Shown here one piece after another: positions 1 to 11,765 of a stretch of DNA of 64,000 bases. Position numbers and translations under genes: made by a program. The notes beneath the pieces were generated by a model. It made no database searches. It was not told the origin of the DNA and saw only the letters and a list, made by a program, of their open reading frames with translations. Within the stretch, counting starts at the first letter, position 1. Each line of letters opens with the position of its first letter. Source of the DNA: Hypanus sabinus (lineage: Eukaryota); NCBI RefSeq assembly GCF_030144855.1, contig NC_082726.1, positions 30,938,001-31,002,000 of the forward strand, written 5' to 3'.

Positions 1-700
1 CTCTTCTTCTCACTTTATACAAACGACTGCATCTCCACAGACAAATCCATAGAAAATCCCAAAGTTCTCGCATGACGCAACGATAGTCGTCTCATCTGTA
101 ATGATGTTGTGACCTGCTATCAATGAGAAGTAGACCACCTCGCAGCATGGTGTCCTCGTAACAACTTGGAGCTTAATCCTATTAAGATAGTGGAGATGAG
201 GACTGACTTCTGACAACAAAACCCCTACTTACCGCCCCCCCTTAAAATGAATAATCAGGCTGCCTGTAGTCGAGTCATTTAAATTCATGGGGATTACTAT
301 TACCAATATATTGAAGTGAGACCAGCCGTTTTGCTCTAATCTAGGAAAGCTCAGTAAAGAATGTTCTTCACCACCATTATAGGAAAAGGAACATCTTAGA
401 GTGTATCCCAATGATTTTTTATGCAGCCATTGTTGAGAGTGTTGTAACCACTTCTATCTGCATTTGGCTTCCCACCGCCTCCTCCCTCTTCAAGTCCAGT
501 CTCAGCAGAGAAGATCGAGTGTCAGCAGGAGACATTAAAAGACCTGTTCATCACCAGAGTGGAGACCTGAAAAAAAACTACTGCTGATTCCATCCACCCT
601 AGCAGTCACCATATTTATCAAATTGCCATCACAGAGACACTGCCTTCACCACCAGGAAGGGATACATGTCATCTCCAAAGCTTCTCAATACAACTCACTC
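1..700 (+). mobile_element. Degraded Rex1/Babar-type non-LTR retrotransposon, C-terminal part of RT
   Basis: Opens with LFSLYTNDC, followed by degenerate KFxDDxTIV-like and NNLELN segments that resemble the RT ORF at 23914-24906; frameshifted. Confidence 0.65.
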
Positions 701-747
701 ATGAGTTATACCTAACTGTCCCTACACAACAAATGGTCTTTCCTGCT

Positions 748-868
748 CCATGGAAAGAAGTACTGTTGACATTTCGGGATATAGATGCTGCCTGGCCTCC
801 TAAGTTCCTTCAGCACTTTGTGTGTGTTACTTGGATTTCCAGCATCTGTAGATTTTCTCTTGTTTGTC
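748..868 (+). repeat. Penelope-derived short repeat fragment
   Basis: Contains atagatgctgcctggcc...cagcactttgtgtgtgtt...ttccagcatctg, shared with about ten other copies in the window. Confidence 0.75.
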
Positions 869-1084
869 TTTCCTGCTCTCCTTGTTTCGCTGATAGTTAT
901 TGAATCTGTTCATATGTTCCCATTTATTTAAGCTTGATTCTTGACGTTTGCGGATGTGACCAATTCCTCATGGCTTTTTGCACCATTAAATTGATGCTCG
1001 TTACTGTGTTGTAGTATTGTCCTGTGTTTTATGCTTGGTATCAAATCACAGTCAATTCTGGTATGTTTCACATACTGACAATAA

Positions 1085-1452
1085 AGTGATTCTTATGGAA
1101 AATCTGGCACATCCTCTCCATCACCTACTGAATACGAGGCGGGGCACCCTTTCAAACAGACTCACTCAGCTCCGCTGTCACAAGAATGGTAACAGAAAAT
1201 CTCCCCCACCAAATGCAGTAACATATAAAGCAGTTCATCTGTGTTCTACACATCATAGTACAATAGCCTCTGCTTCATTGTTATGGTGAATTATTGCACA
1301 TTGGTAAATTACATATTGTGTATATTATTATTCTGTACTTTATTATTAGTTAAGTCTGCACACTGCTCAGTGTGTTTTTAAATGTTACTGCTGTAACAAA
1401 AGAATTTCCTCCTCGGGATCAATACAGTGTTTATTATTACTATTCTGATTCT
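1085..1452 (+). mobile_element. Rex1-type LINE 3' end
   Basis: ILMENLAHPLHHLL...TLSNRLTQLRC matches the C-terminus in ORF 26251-26499 (ILDNVSHPLHNVL...STFSQGLIPSRC); ends in an attctg-repeat tail. Confidence 0.65.
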
Positions 1453-1645
1453 GAGAATGCACTCAATTACAAATCAGTGAGTATTGATGTGCATAGACCC
1501 CCTCTCTTCAGCCTCCTCAGAAAGTAAAGAGTTTACTGATTATGAATGTCCTGAATTCAATTCCCACTGAATGCAGACGGCCATTCAGTGTTGGTACATT
1601 TAATTTCACTAATCTTCAAAGGGCAGGGAAATCCTACCTGCTATG

Positions 1646-1669
1646 TATCTATCTATCTATCTATCTATC
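1646..1669. repeat. (TATC)6 microsatellite
   Basis: Direct reading of the sequence. Confidence 0.95.
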
Positions 1670-1763
1670 CCTAATATCGTGATATTGACTGGTGACCTGA
1701 AATAAAGTATCAAATAAACACAATTTCTATCTTTCTCTAAAAAACTTATTTTGAAAGCTTTAT

Positions 1764-1950
1764 TACACACACAAAATGCTGGTGGGAACACAGGCCAGGC
1801 AGCATCTATAAGGAGAATCACTGTCGACGTTTCGGGCCGAGACCCTTCGTCAGGACTCTCCCTATAGATGCTGCCTGGCCTGCTGTGTTCCACCAGCATT
1901 TTGTGTGTGTTGTTTGAATTTCCAGCATCCGGCAGATTTCCTCGTGTTTG
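1764..1950. repeat. Inverted pair of Penelope-derived repeats flanking a hammerhead motif
   Basis: acacacacaaaatgctggtgg...ggcagcatctata (1764-1810) is the reverse complement of tatagatgctgcc...ccaccagcattttgtgtgtgt (1863-1910). Confidence 0.85.
1821..1857 (-). ncRNA. Minimal type I hammerhead ribozyme motif
   Basis: Minus strand reads aguc-CUGACGA-a-GGGU(CUCG)GCCC-GAAA-C-GUC-gacag: both core boxes, stem II, short stem I and a GUC triplet. Confidence 0.75.
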
Positions 1951-2769
1951 AAAGCTTTGTTAGTCCGGTTTTATCGGCACCAGTTTCCAACCTGCCTGTC
2001 CCACTGCCAGCGATAATCTGAGGGTAAAGATTAAAAGGGTTTGCCAAAACTGTTCTTGGATATCCAACTAATAGAGTGTGAGATCTTTTCTCCTACCTAA
2101 ATAAGTTGCTGTTTGCTCGCAGGTAAACTTTATACTGTAAATCTCGCCACGAACATATTTTAATAAAATAATATACTAGCGATATTCTGATCCTAATCTT
2201 TAAATTAGACAAATAAAATGGTTCTAAGCCACTTCTGGTTTAAAACCATTAACAAAAGCAACTTTTACTTCCTTATTTTAAAATAACCACTGCACTGTTT
2301 GCATATCAGGATCATTGACTCTTCCCCGTTTCAACTTACTGCTGACGGCTTAAGAGAAAAATTAATCGGGCAACATTTCCTTGACTCTCGAGCTTAAAAC
2401 TATAATGTTCTCAAACTGGATTTCAGGGAAACCACTGATGGATATTTGCGCAAACCACAACGGCCCCGAGCCACTCTTGGGCAGAGGTCTATCGCTTTAA
2501 TCGCACAATTTCCGCAATAGATTCAATCGACAGTGCATGTTAAAATGTGAGAAATGTAAACGTTGTCCGCAAATACTTTAAAAACTTCACAAGTTGAAAA
2601 TTATGACCAGAAAGTGCCAAAATATATGCCTAGATCCAGGGTGTTTCACTTGCCCCATTATCTCAGCCGCAGTGAGGCGATTCTATGCACTTTCCGGGCA
2701 AATAGTTTACCCAACCGCTATAGGGAGAGGGGTCAAGTCTGAGTTAACTCAGCGTTTAATTTAATAGAC

Positions 2770-3250
2770 TATGGTATGATCGTCCTGACACCGACGGTCC
2801 TGGTCGGGGCTAACGTGGACTGAGGTGTCCTGGGAATCTCACTCCTTAATTCCTCCGGACTCATGGCCCCAGGACACACACACAAGCGCCGCGAGTCCCC
2901 TAGGGCGGGGATGAGGCTAGAGGTGAAGTGGGTTACCTGAGGCTGACATGGTCCCGGCAGCGGCCGCTCTCACCCACCCAGCCCGACAGATGGGGCATCA
3001 CACCGGGCCGACTCGGCAGCCCGGCCTGTTGTGTCCGGACACTCGGTGGGGTACGGGACAGAGCTGCACCGCTTCTCTCCTCTCCGCCGCTTCTAATTTC
3101 CTACTCTGCTTCGCCGGGGCCGTCACTTCCTCAGAGGTGGCGGCGCTGTTCCCACGATCGTGTTCCTTCCCCGCCCCCTCATTCACCTCCTCCCCCGGTC
3201 CTGCTCCTCCCCCTCCGCGTTCCTCTACTCACCCTTCGCCCCTTCCTTCA
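2770..3250 (-). promoter_or_regulatory. CpG-island promoter and 5' UTR of a minus-strand gene
   Basis: High GC and CpG density against an AT-rich background; GGAAGTGACG ETS/CRE-half composite at 3121-3130 (minus strand); GC box gggcgggg near 2903. Confidence 0.7.
2937..2949 (-). CDS. Putative first coding exon (MSAS plus 1 nt) of an unidentified gene continuing toward or beyond the window start
   Basis: Minus strand gggaccATGTCAGCCTCAG|gtaacc: good Kozak context and a canonical CAG|GTAA donor inside the CpG island. Confidence 0.5.
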
Positions 3251-3654
3251 CCTCTAAACTCGCTCATCCTCCTACCTCCTTCTCTTCCCATCCCTTCACC
3301 CTCCTACCCCATCTATTCACCTTCACCCCCATCCCCACCCCCACAGGCCAAACACAGAAGAAACTATAATGCACACTTCACTAACTTGTGATTGGCCTGT
3401 CAGGGTTCATTGCACTTTCAAACAGTTCAACTATAGCGTGTTTTTATTAGCTTGCCAGATGTCACTGGCATGGTACTCCCTTTGCTTTACTTCCTTCAAA
3501 AGCATGGCGGTGAGCCCCTTCCTCCATCAAATGAGATTTTTATGGTGAAGGTGGTCCACTCTCCCTCAACACAGCAATGAAGGACTTGGTGAATGGGAAA
3601 CACTTGGTGTTCACTTGTGCTCTATGGTGGTATAGGCAGCGAATATCCCCACTT

Positions 3655-4265
3655 TCAACTCTTTCAGAATTAGGTTTATTATTACTGACATATGTCATGA
3701 AATGTATTGTTTTGTGGCAACAGTACAGAGCCAGACACAAAAACTACAATGAGTTACAAAAATTAATAAATAGAGAAATATCAACATGGTGTTTGTGGGT
3801 CCAGAAATTTGATGACAGGGGGAAGCAGCCATTCCTAAAACGTTCAGTGTGCATCTTCAGGCTTCTGTGCCTCCTCACTGATGAGAAGAGGAAATGGCCC
3901 AGGTGGAGGTGGTCCGTAGTGGTGGGGAGGGGGACTTGGGCACGTGATGGAGCCTCCAACCATCTGTAGCCACTTTTGATCCTGAACGTTGGGCTCTTCA
4001 TCCAAAGCAGCGATGCAGCCAGTCATAATGTTCTCTGCTGTCCATTCGTAGAAATTTGCTAGAGTTTAAAATGACATACCAAATCTCCTCAAGTTCCTAA
4101 TGAATTATAGCTATTGGCATGCCTTAGTGATTACGTCAATTTCCTGGGCCCAGGGTAAATCCTCCGAGTTGGAAGTGACGAAGACCTTTTCACTTCAGAC
4201 TGGTGTGTATTCTCCCGACTTTTCCTTCTTGGAGTCCACAATCAGTTCCTTGGTCTTGCTGATGT
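3655..4265 (-). mobile_element. Rex1/Babar LINE 3' fragment
   Basis: Minus-strand FLFSSVRRHRSLKMHTERFRNGCFP (compare GRRFRSLKTRTARFGNSFFP at 22697-23038); tail near 3660. Confidence 0.7.
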
Positions 4266-4469
4266 TGAGTGCAACACCACTCAACCAGCCCTGTGCAGCT
4301 TGTCATCACAAATCAAATGAAGGTCATTGTTAAAACAGCTGGCGAATTGGGGTAGCAGCCACAAAATGCTGAAGGAGGGGGGGGCTGAGCAGATGCACAC
4401 CTTGCCGAAGGGTGACCTGCAGGCTAGTGGAGGGAAGGAGTGTCTGTCCAAGTATATAAGATATAGCAC

Positions 4470-4685
4470 CGGCTGGTGGTGTAGTGGCATCAGCTTTAGG
4501 GTGAGAGGTCCCTTGTTCGAATCCAGCCAGTTCCCTTGTACACTCTCCATCCTTACCTGGGTTGAGTGTCGAGCTAGCAACTTGACTGAAGAGGGCTCTG
4601 TCAGGTTTCAGATGCCCAAGACACGCTGCACAATGAGCAAAATGCTTGTCTCCCTGACAACTCCACAAGGAGTTAAAGAAAGAAA
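4470..4685 (+). mobile_element. tRNA-derived SINE
   Basis: Pol III A-box-like tggtgtagtgg (4477) and B box gttcgaatcc (4515); A-rich end. Confidence 0.55.
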
Positions 4686-5209
4686 GACACACACTCAAAA
4701 TATAGGAGCAGAATTAGGCCATTTGGCATCAATGTTCATGATTAAACATCCAGAGAAATCCAAAAACCAGAAACAGACAAATGCACAACTTCACAGGACT
4801 GAGATACACTGAGCAATAAACAGAGAGGCAGATGATAGGTGGAACACAATGAGACATAGGTGGCAGCAATACAGGTAATAATGAGTAATAGAGGAGCCAG
4901 AGTAGACCAGGAGAGGGGACAGGAGCACATGGCAATACCAAATCACACCCAGGGGGAAACGCAAAAAAAGACAGAGTTCAACTGGAGGTACTGATACTAC
5001 ACTAACTTTGTTTTCTACAGCTGCAAGATAACAATAGCCTGAACAATGAAGACAAATATGTCATATACAGTAACTGCTTTATCACTCTATCTACTTGTAT
5101 TGCCACTCTCTGGAAGCGACTGCATCCAAAGATCTCTCTGTACATCAAAGATAGTAACATCTTTGTTACCTGCCACTTACTGAGGAAATTCTTACATTTT
5201 AATTTTTCG

Positions 5210-5450
5210 AGATACACCATGGTAACAGGATCCTCTGATCCAATGAGTCCACATGCCCAATTACACCCATGTGACCAACTAACCTACTAATCTGTACATC
5301 TTTGGAACGTGGGAGAAAACCAGACCACCCAGAGGAAATCCACACAGGCACAGGGAGAATGTACAAATTCCTACTGACTGCAACTGAATTGAACCCTGGT
5401 CACTGATGTTCTAATAGCATAATGCTGACTGCTATGCTACCATGCCACCC
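5210..5450 (-). mobile_element. V-SINE/HE1-like SINE
   Basis: gtgggagaaaaccaga...cccagaggaaatccacac...cacagggagaatgtacaaa central domain, with a tRNA-like head (attgaaccctgg...accatgccaccc) on the minus strand. Confidence 0.7.
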
Positions 5451-5825
5451 TGGTATTTTGACCTCCCAAAATGCATCATCTCACACTTATCCAGTTTAAA
5501 CACCATTCTGCAATTTCCCTCCCAAATTTCCAATTGATCTACATCTGCTGCATCCTTTGTCAACCTTCAACACTATCCACAGATCCATCAATTTTCATAT
5601 CTTCTGAAAAATAACTAGTCAGCCCAATAGCAATTTAATGCAGATCATTAATTAATATGTAGAGTGAATAAACAACAGTGGTCCTAGCAACTTCCTTGTG
5701 GAATACAACTAGTCACAGGCCTCCAGTTAGAAAAATACCTCTCCACCACTACACTCAGTCTTCTATGACAAAGCCAATTTCTGAGGTCTCCCATTAGGTC
5801 CTGCTTCTTAAACATTCTCCTAAAG

Positions 5826-8490
5826 CAGGGGTTGGCAACCCGCGGCTCTTTCATCTCTGTGCTGCGGCTCCCTGTGGTTTTGGAAAATAAATGATGAGTA
5901 TTTAATTAAAATGCATTTTATGTTAGTTTGTTAGTTTTTGAAATGTAATTCTAAATTTGAAGATTATGGTGATCTTGTACAATCTAAATAAAACGTATTT
6001 TTTGTCGCTATTAATATACGTCACCACTGCCAATGCCTGACACCCACCAGTGCGCGATTTCTTTAATTTTTCGATCTAAGGTAGGCCAACTATGGAGAAT
6101 TCTAAAAAAAGAAAAGTGACTGAAGAAAACAGAACGTTTAATGATACGTGGGCAGATTCATTTGCTTTCACTGCTGATGAGACTGGTTTACCGGTATGCT
6201 TAATATATGCAATGAGAAACTAGCAAACAACAAAAAGTCAAAAGTCGCAAGACATTTCCAGAATAAACACGCAGCCTTTGCTCAAAAATATCCGGATGGA
6301 GATGAGAGAAAAAAAGCTGTTTCGGAATTGATGCGGAAGTTTGATCTGAGCAAAAATCATTTCAAGGAGTGGATGAAGTCTGGAAAATCAACTACATATG
6401 CTAGTTTTGTTGCCGCTCAGGAAATAGTCAGGCACGGGAAGTAGTTTACAGATGGCGAATATATAAAAGAATCTTTCATTAAGATTTCAGAACATCTATT
6501 CACGGACTTTAAAAACAAGAGTGAAATTGTGCAGAAAATCAGGGATATGCCCCTCTCTGCAAAGACTGTCAAAGACAGAACCATAAAAATGGCAGAAGAC
6601 ATCACAAGACAGCAAATTAAAGACATCAATTCAGCTGTGGCCTACTCGATTGCCTGTGACGAGTCTAAAGACAAAGGTGATATTGAACAAATAGCGCTGT
6701 TCTACCGGTATGTAAACTCTGCCGGGCCACAGGAATAACTGATTGAGTTGATACCTCTAAAGGGCCAAACACAGTGGGAGGACATCTGTGAGGCTGTCTT
6801 GAATTGTTTAAGAGCCAAAGGAATAAAGACCACCCACCTAGTGTCAGTAGCTACTGATGGGGCACCAAGTATGACAGGAGCACACAAGGGATTTGTGGCT
6901 TTACTGCAGAAGTCGCTGGACAGAAAGCTGCTGACTTTACACTGCATCTTGCACCAAGAGGCACTGTGCGCTCAAACATTTCCTCCGGAATGCACAGAAG
7001 TAATGGATGTTGTCATTCAGATTGTCAATAAAATAATGGCAAAAAGTTTAAATCACCGTCAATTCCGTTTGTTACTGGACGAGCTGGAAAGCGCATATTC
7101 TGATCTCCTGCTGCACAACAAAGACCGGTGGCTGTCAAGAGGGGAGGTGCTGAAACGCTTTGTCGTGTGTCTGGAAGAAGTGAAAACTTTCCTGTGCAGC
7201 AAAGGGCTCACCTTTCCTGAGCTGGAACAGCCAGAGTGGCTGGAAAAACTACACTTCATGGTAGACATGACAGCGCACCTGAACACGCTGAACACAGCTC
7301 TTCAGGGGAAAGGATGCACAGCCCTACACATGTTGGAGGATGTTTTGGCATTCGAGCGCAAGTTGACAGTGCTTGCCAGAGATTTACAGAAAGGTACATT
7401 GTCTCACTTCCCCAATTTGAGAGAGTTCAAACAAGCTCACGACATGATATTTGGAGTATTTACATTCTGCAATCACCACAATGTAAACATCGTTTGGGAA
7501 ATGCTTCTGTGAGTTCAGAGAGGAGAAAAACACATTATCCTTCCTGGTCACTCCCCTAAGCATCGATCCTTCCCTACTGAATACGACTGCATTGGCAGGT
7601 GTGAGTAAACCTGATCTTGAGATGGAACTGGCCGACATAGCCGACAAAAACATATGGGTGTCCAAGTTTAGACGCTTGACAGCAGACCTTGAAGATGTTG
7701 CCCGTCAGAAGGCCGTTCTTGCTCAGAATCACAAATGGAGCGATATTAAAAACCTCCTCAAACCGGACAAACTTGTGTTCGAAACTTGGAATGCTATCCC
7801 CGACATTTATGTAAACATTAAAAAGTATGCGCTTGGAGTCCTGTCGATCTTTGGATCCACATATGTATGTGAGCAGGTGTTCTCCAACATGAACTTTATT
7901 AAAAACAAACATCGCGCACGCCTCACAGATCCTGCGATCCTGTGTAAAGATGAAGGTGACATCATACAGCCCTGATGTGCAGACGCTGTGCGCTGAGGTC
8001 CAGGAGCAGAAATCCCATTAACCAAGTACGATAAATATTTTAATTGCCTATTATTTTACGTATATTCATATTTTTTCATTGTTCAGTGAAATAGTCCTTT
8101 TATTTTTCAGGTTGACAGCTGGCTGACGTTATTTTTGGTTTGCTGCTGGCGGACCATTAAGTTCGGTGTTTTTCATAAATACAAGAAGGACTCAAATAGA
8201 CGTTGAGTATTTTACTTAAAAGTAACCTTCAACCCAACGTCTTTTTTTCGGAGTTCAAAATGTTTTTGTTGCATGCAGAAATGTAATTTCATTTTCTCTG
8301 CAGGAGTTCATCGATTTCATAAATGCAACACATTATAGTTTGTTTATACATAGCATAAAGGCAAAAAAAACGTTGTATGCAGTGTTATTTCATTTTAAAT
8401 GTCAAACGGGTTTTGTGGCCCCCAGTGTTTTCTTTTCTGTGGGAAACGGGTCCAAATGGCTCTTTCAGTGGTAAAGGTTGCCGACCCCTG
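5826..8490 (+). mobile_element. hAT DNA transposon (Buster/Charlie-type), full length, inserted into a CR1 fragment
   Basis: TIRs caggggttggcaacc and ggttgccgacccctg; perfect 8-bp TSD tcctaaag at 5818-5825 and 8491-8498. Confidence 0.95.
6092..8021 (+). pseudogene. hAT transposase (GTF2IRD2/EPM2AIP1-like), disrupted
   Basis: MENSKKRKV..., CLI-C zinc finger, YSIACDESKD, VATDGAPSMTG, HCILHQEAL, RWLSRG, FGSTYVCEQVFS; several stops and frameshifts split it across ORFs 6196, 6529, 6748 and 7592. Confidence 0.92.
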
Positions 8491-8659
8491 TCCTAAAGCC
8501 TTAAAGTCCATCACCAAGATCTTGTCTACTTCATAGACCTTGGTCATGACCTTCAGCTCATCAGCCTGGCTCTCTAGAATATCCTGTGGCTGCTCAATGA
8601 TATTATTGACTCTAGTGCATACTATCTCAGAATCTGTTCTGCAGCTCTTAGACAAGCCT

Positions 8660-9510
8660 GCCTGCTCCCCTACCTGCGCCAGCTCTTCACTCTGTTCGGA
8701 TATCCCTGCTATATTCACAGTGACAGAGGGTCCTCGGTTATGAGTGACTAGCTGCACCAATACCTGCTGGCTAGGGGTATTGCTACTAGTAGGACCACGA
8801 GCTATAATCCCCAGGGGAATGGACAGGTGGAGAGGGAGAAGGCCACACTCTTAGCCCTTAGGTCAAAGGGACTGCCAGTCTCTTGCTGGCAGGAGGTCCT
8901 CCCCAAGGCACTCCACTCCATCCTCTCCCAGTTATGCACGTCCACCAATGCCACCCCTCATGAGCGACTTTTTTCTTTTCCCAGGAAGTCGATCACCGGG
9001 ACCACTCTACCGGCATGGCTGACAACCCCAGGGCCAGTGCTGCTCCAGAAACATGCGAGGAGCAATAAATATTCCCCGATGGTCACCTACTTCATGCAAA
9101 TGCCAGTATGTCTATGTGGTCTTACCTGATGGGCAGGAGGACATGGTCTGCAGGAGCACCAGACCCCTACCCTGAACACTCCATGGTAACTATGAACCCC
9201 GTACCCACCAATGTATATACCCACGAGACACTGCACACACCAAGCCCTACACAGACTCATCACGACACTCCCATACTGGGCGACACGCACACGCATGAGG
9301 GGTTACTGATGCCTAATGGGCTGGCACCTCAAGTCAGGCCAGAGCCAGCACAACCACCGTGACCACTGGTGCTACGTAGATCGCAGTGACAGACTCAACT
9401 ACCTGATAGATTTGACCTGTAAATATAATTGTCAGAAACTTCACCCCGTGGGGACTCTCTTTTAAAACAAAGGAGGGGTGAATGTGGTAAACTATGTATA
9501 CTATGTTTCC
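8660..9510 (+). mobile_element. Gypsy LTR retrotransposon fragment: integrase, PPT and start of 3' LTR
   Basis: IHSDRG and RTTSYNPQGNGQVERE integrase motifs; LCTSTNATPHERLF; purine tract aaaggaggggtgaa followed by TGT at 9483. Confidence 0.8.
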
Positions 9511-9699
9511 TTCTCCCTTAAATATGTTGATGTCTTTACTTTAATATTTTCAGTCTATTAATCTTTATGGCTACGTAGCACTCCAGAGAGACTAGGTTGC
9601 TAATACTGCCCAAATTCTTTTGAGGAACTCAGACAATTACAATGTGATGCATCAGAGGCTGTAAGGACCTTATGAACTATAACACACTATGTGCAAACC

Positions 9700-10570
9700 T
9701 ATAAAGGGTATAATTGTAAATGAGAGATTCTCGTCTGTAGCAAGAAAAGCAGCAGCAAATGTATGATTTCCCAGAGACAAGATCCCAAAAGACACTGATG
9801 GTATCTGCCACAACTGGGCCCTTCCCTGGAGGTCATTTGTGCTTCTCCAAATGGACTTTATGCAGTTACCTGAATGTATGCATTGTGATTATGCACTTGT
9901 TATCTCCATGGGTGGAAGTTCATCAAACTCAGAGAAATGACGTTATGCTAAGTTTATTACTATGAGAATTTATTCCTAGGTTTGAGATCCTTGAGAAAAT
10001 CTCAAGTGTTAAAGGCCCTCACTTTACAGGTAAAGTTATATAGGAGTTGGCAGTATAAATGTCATTTTACCTGCCCTTACATCTACAATCTAATGGGGCA
10101 GCTGAAAGGAAGAACGGTGCCTTGCCTTGAAATTTATAAGTCAGTTAAACGTTGCAATGAAACTGAGCTAAGCAGACATATCCACTGATCCTTATGACAA
10201 CGTGCTGAGCTCCAAACTGTGTAACAGACCTATCTCCACGTTAGATATAATTGGGATATCCCAGTGATCCTTCAGTTTCATTAAACAGAAGGACATCTAT
10301 ATTTTTTAGTGAAACCATGCTGTAGTATTGTACAGCACTAACACAATCTCTTAAATTTTCCATCAGCAGGTACTTCAAGGCCAGAAGATCATGCTGGCTT
10401 CAGAGTGTCAGATCTACTAACTGGGAGATTGGGTACTGGTGAGATCCTGTCAATGAAAGAACAGCCTTGAGCCCTGCTGGTCAGGTGCTTTTCAAGGTCT
10501 GCTGACTACATATACTGCTCTAAAGGTCCAAGGGAAGCTGATGTGGATCCACACATTGCACGTTAAGACA
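9700..10570 (+). pseudogene. pol: Endogenous retrovirus pol integrase domain (class I, epsilon/gamma-like), degraded
   Basis: Manual translation: LQMDFMQLP (9845), EFIPRFEILEKISSVKGPHFTGKVI, QSNGAAERKNG, GDWVLVR...LEPCWSGAFQGLLTTYTALKVQGKLMWIHTLHVK (10424-10567). Confidence 0.85.
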
Positions 10571-10619
10571 GCGTGCCACCAAACCAGAGAACTGGTGGCC
10601 AGTAGAACCTTGATGATAA

Positions 10620-10933
10620 GGACTAATTAAATGAATTAGTCATCTTTACCTGTGACTTTAATGAATCACTATACATTGTAAGTTTTGGGCAATCTGGCCA
10701 TCTGTTTCTTGTTTAAGTGCAGAACTCCCCCTTAACACTTTTAACATTTCATCCTAGTTATGAACCTGCACTGTGTACTAACCAATCAGGTTGTTGGGTG
10801 TGCTTTAGAGGGTCTACATTTTGAAAGGTATGAATCATAATGTTTGATTCCGTGTTTTATTTTAATAATGAAGGGAGCACAGGACAGCACTGCCCAGAGA
10901 AATGACTCTTGCCAGAGCAACTGTTCTGAAGGA
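10620..10933 (+). pseudogene. env: ERV env, N-terminal SU part, cut by the BEL insertion
   Basis: NQSGCWVC (10780-10803) CXXC motif directly downstream of integrase; N-glycosylation sequons NDS and NCS. Confidence 0.65.
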
Positions 10934-11627
10934 TGTTGTATCAGCAAAACCAAAACAATTGCTGCTGTTGGCGACACTACGGATTTGTCATATTTGCATG
11001 ATGTGCCCCAGCTCCAATGATTGCTCCAAAAGTCGATTCTCTTACTCAATCCTTTATTAGCAATTAGCAAACATACAGTTTTGAAGCAATGAAACTTAAA
11101 TGTACCCCAGTATAAGCTAGGTATAATTGAGCATTACTGAGCAGTCAGCAAAAGGTACGGCATCCGCTAGTCCCAATCTATAAACTGCAATGAAATAAGA
11201 AAGAAAATGAAACTTATTTCCTTCACTTTTACCACACTCATAAGACTAGTTACCATCATAAATTTTATACAGATACAACACAATACAATGCAGATAGAGA
11301 ACAGATGCATGGCTCCTATATTCCAGCTCCCTAATTATTATACCAGAATAATTCCAGCTACAGGAGACATGAAATCTCAACATTTACATAAATGTCCTCT
11401 TTTGGTAAGCAGTTTATCCTGGATTGTGATCTGCTCCTAACAAACCAGGTTGTTCCTCTTGAATGTTCATGATAATCTGTTTTGAATCACTGTTGCCAAA
11501 GCTGATTTAAGTTCAAAACTGAAGTCCTATTAACTGTCAGCTCTGGCAGAGTGTAGCTCCTTCCACCACACAGTCTCCTTTCAATGGTCCATTAACAGTC
11601 CAAGAGAGATTGTTCTGATGAAGATGT

Positions 11628-11765
11628 TCTGTCCTGATGAAGGACCTCAGTCTGAAACATTGCCTCTTACTCTTTTCCATAGATGCTGCCTGGCCTGCTG
11701 AGTTCCTCCAGCATTTGGTGTGTGTTGCTTTGGATTTCCAGCATCTGCAGATTTTCTTGTGTTTG
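11628..11765 (+). repeat. Penelope-derived repeat with degenerate hammerhead motif
   Basis: gtcCTGATGAaggacctcagtctGAAAcatt followed by the family body atagatgctgcctggcctgctgagttcc. Confidence 0.8.

Noticed and set aside
2928-3391. Plus-strand ORFs over the left CpG island
   Set aside because: By-product of GC-rich and low-complexity sequence; Kozak and donor evidence favours a minus-strand exon
4470-4545. tRNA gene
   Set aside because: A and B boxes are present but I could not fold a complete cloverleaf, and it continues into a SINE-like body
6748-7512. Domesticated host gene GTF2IRD2/EPM2AIP1
   Set aside because: Lies inside TIRs and a TSD and has stops and frameshifts, so it is a transposon copy
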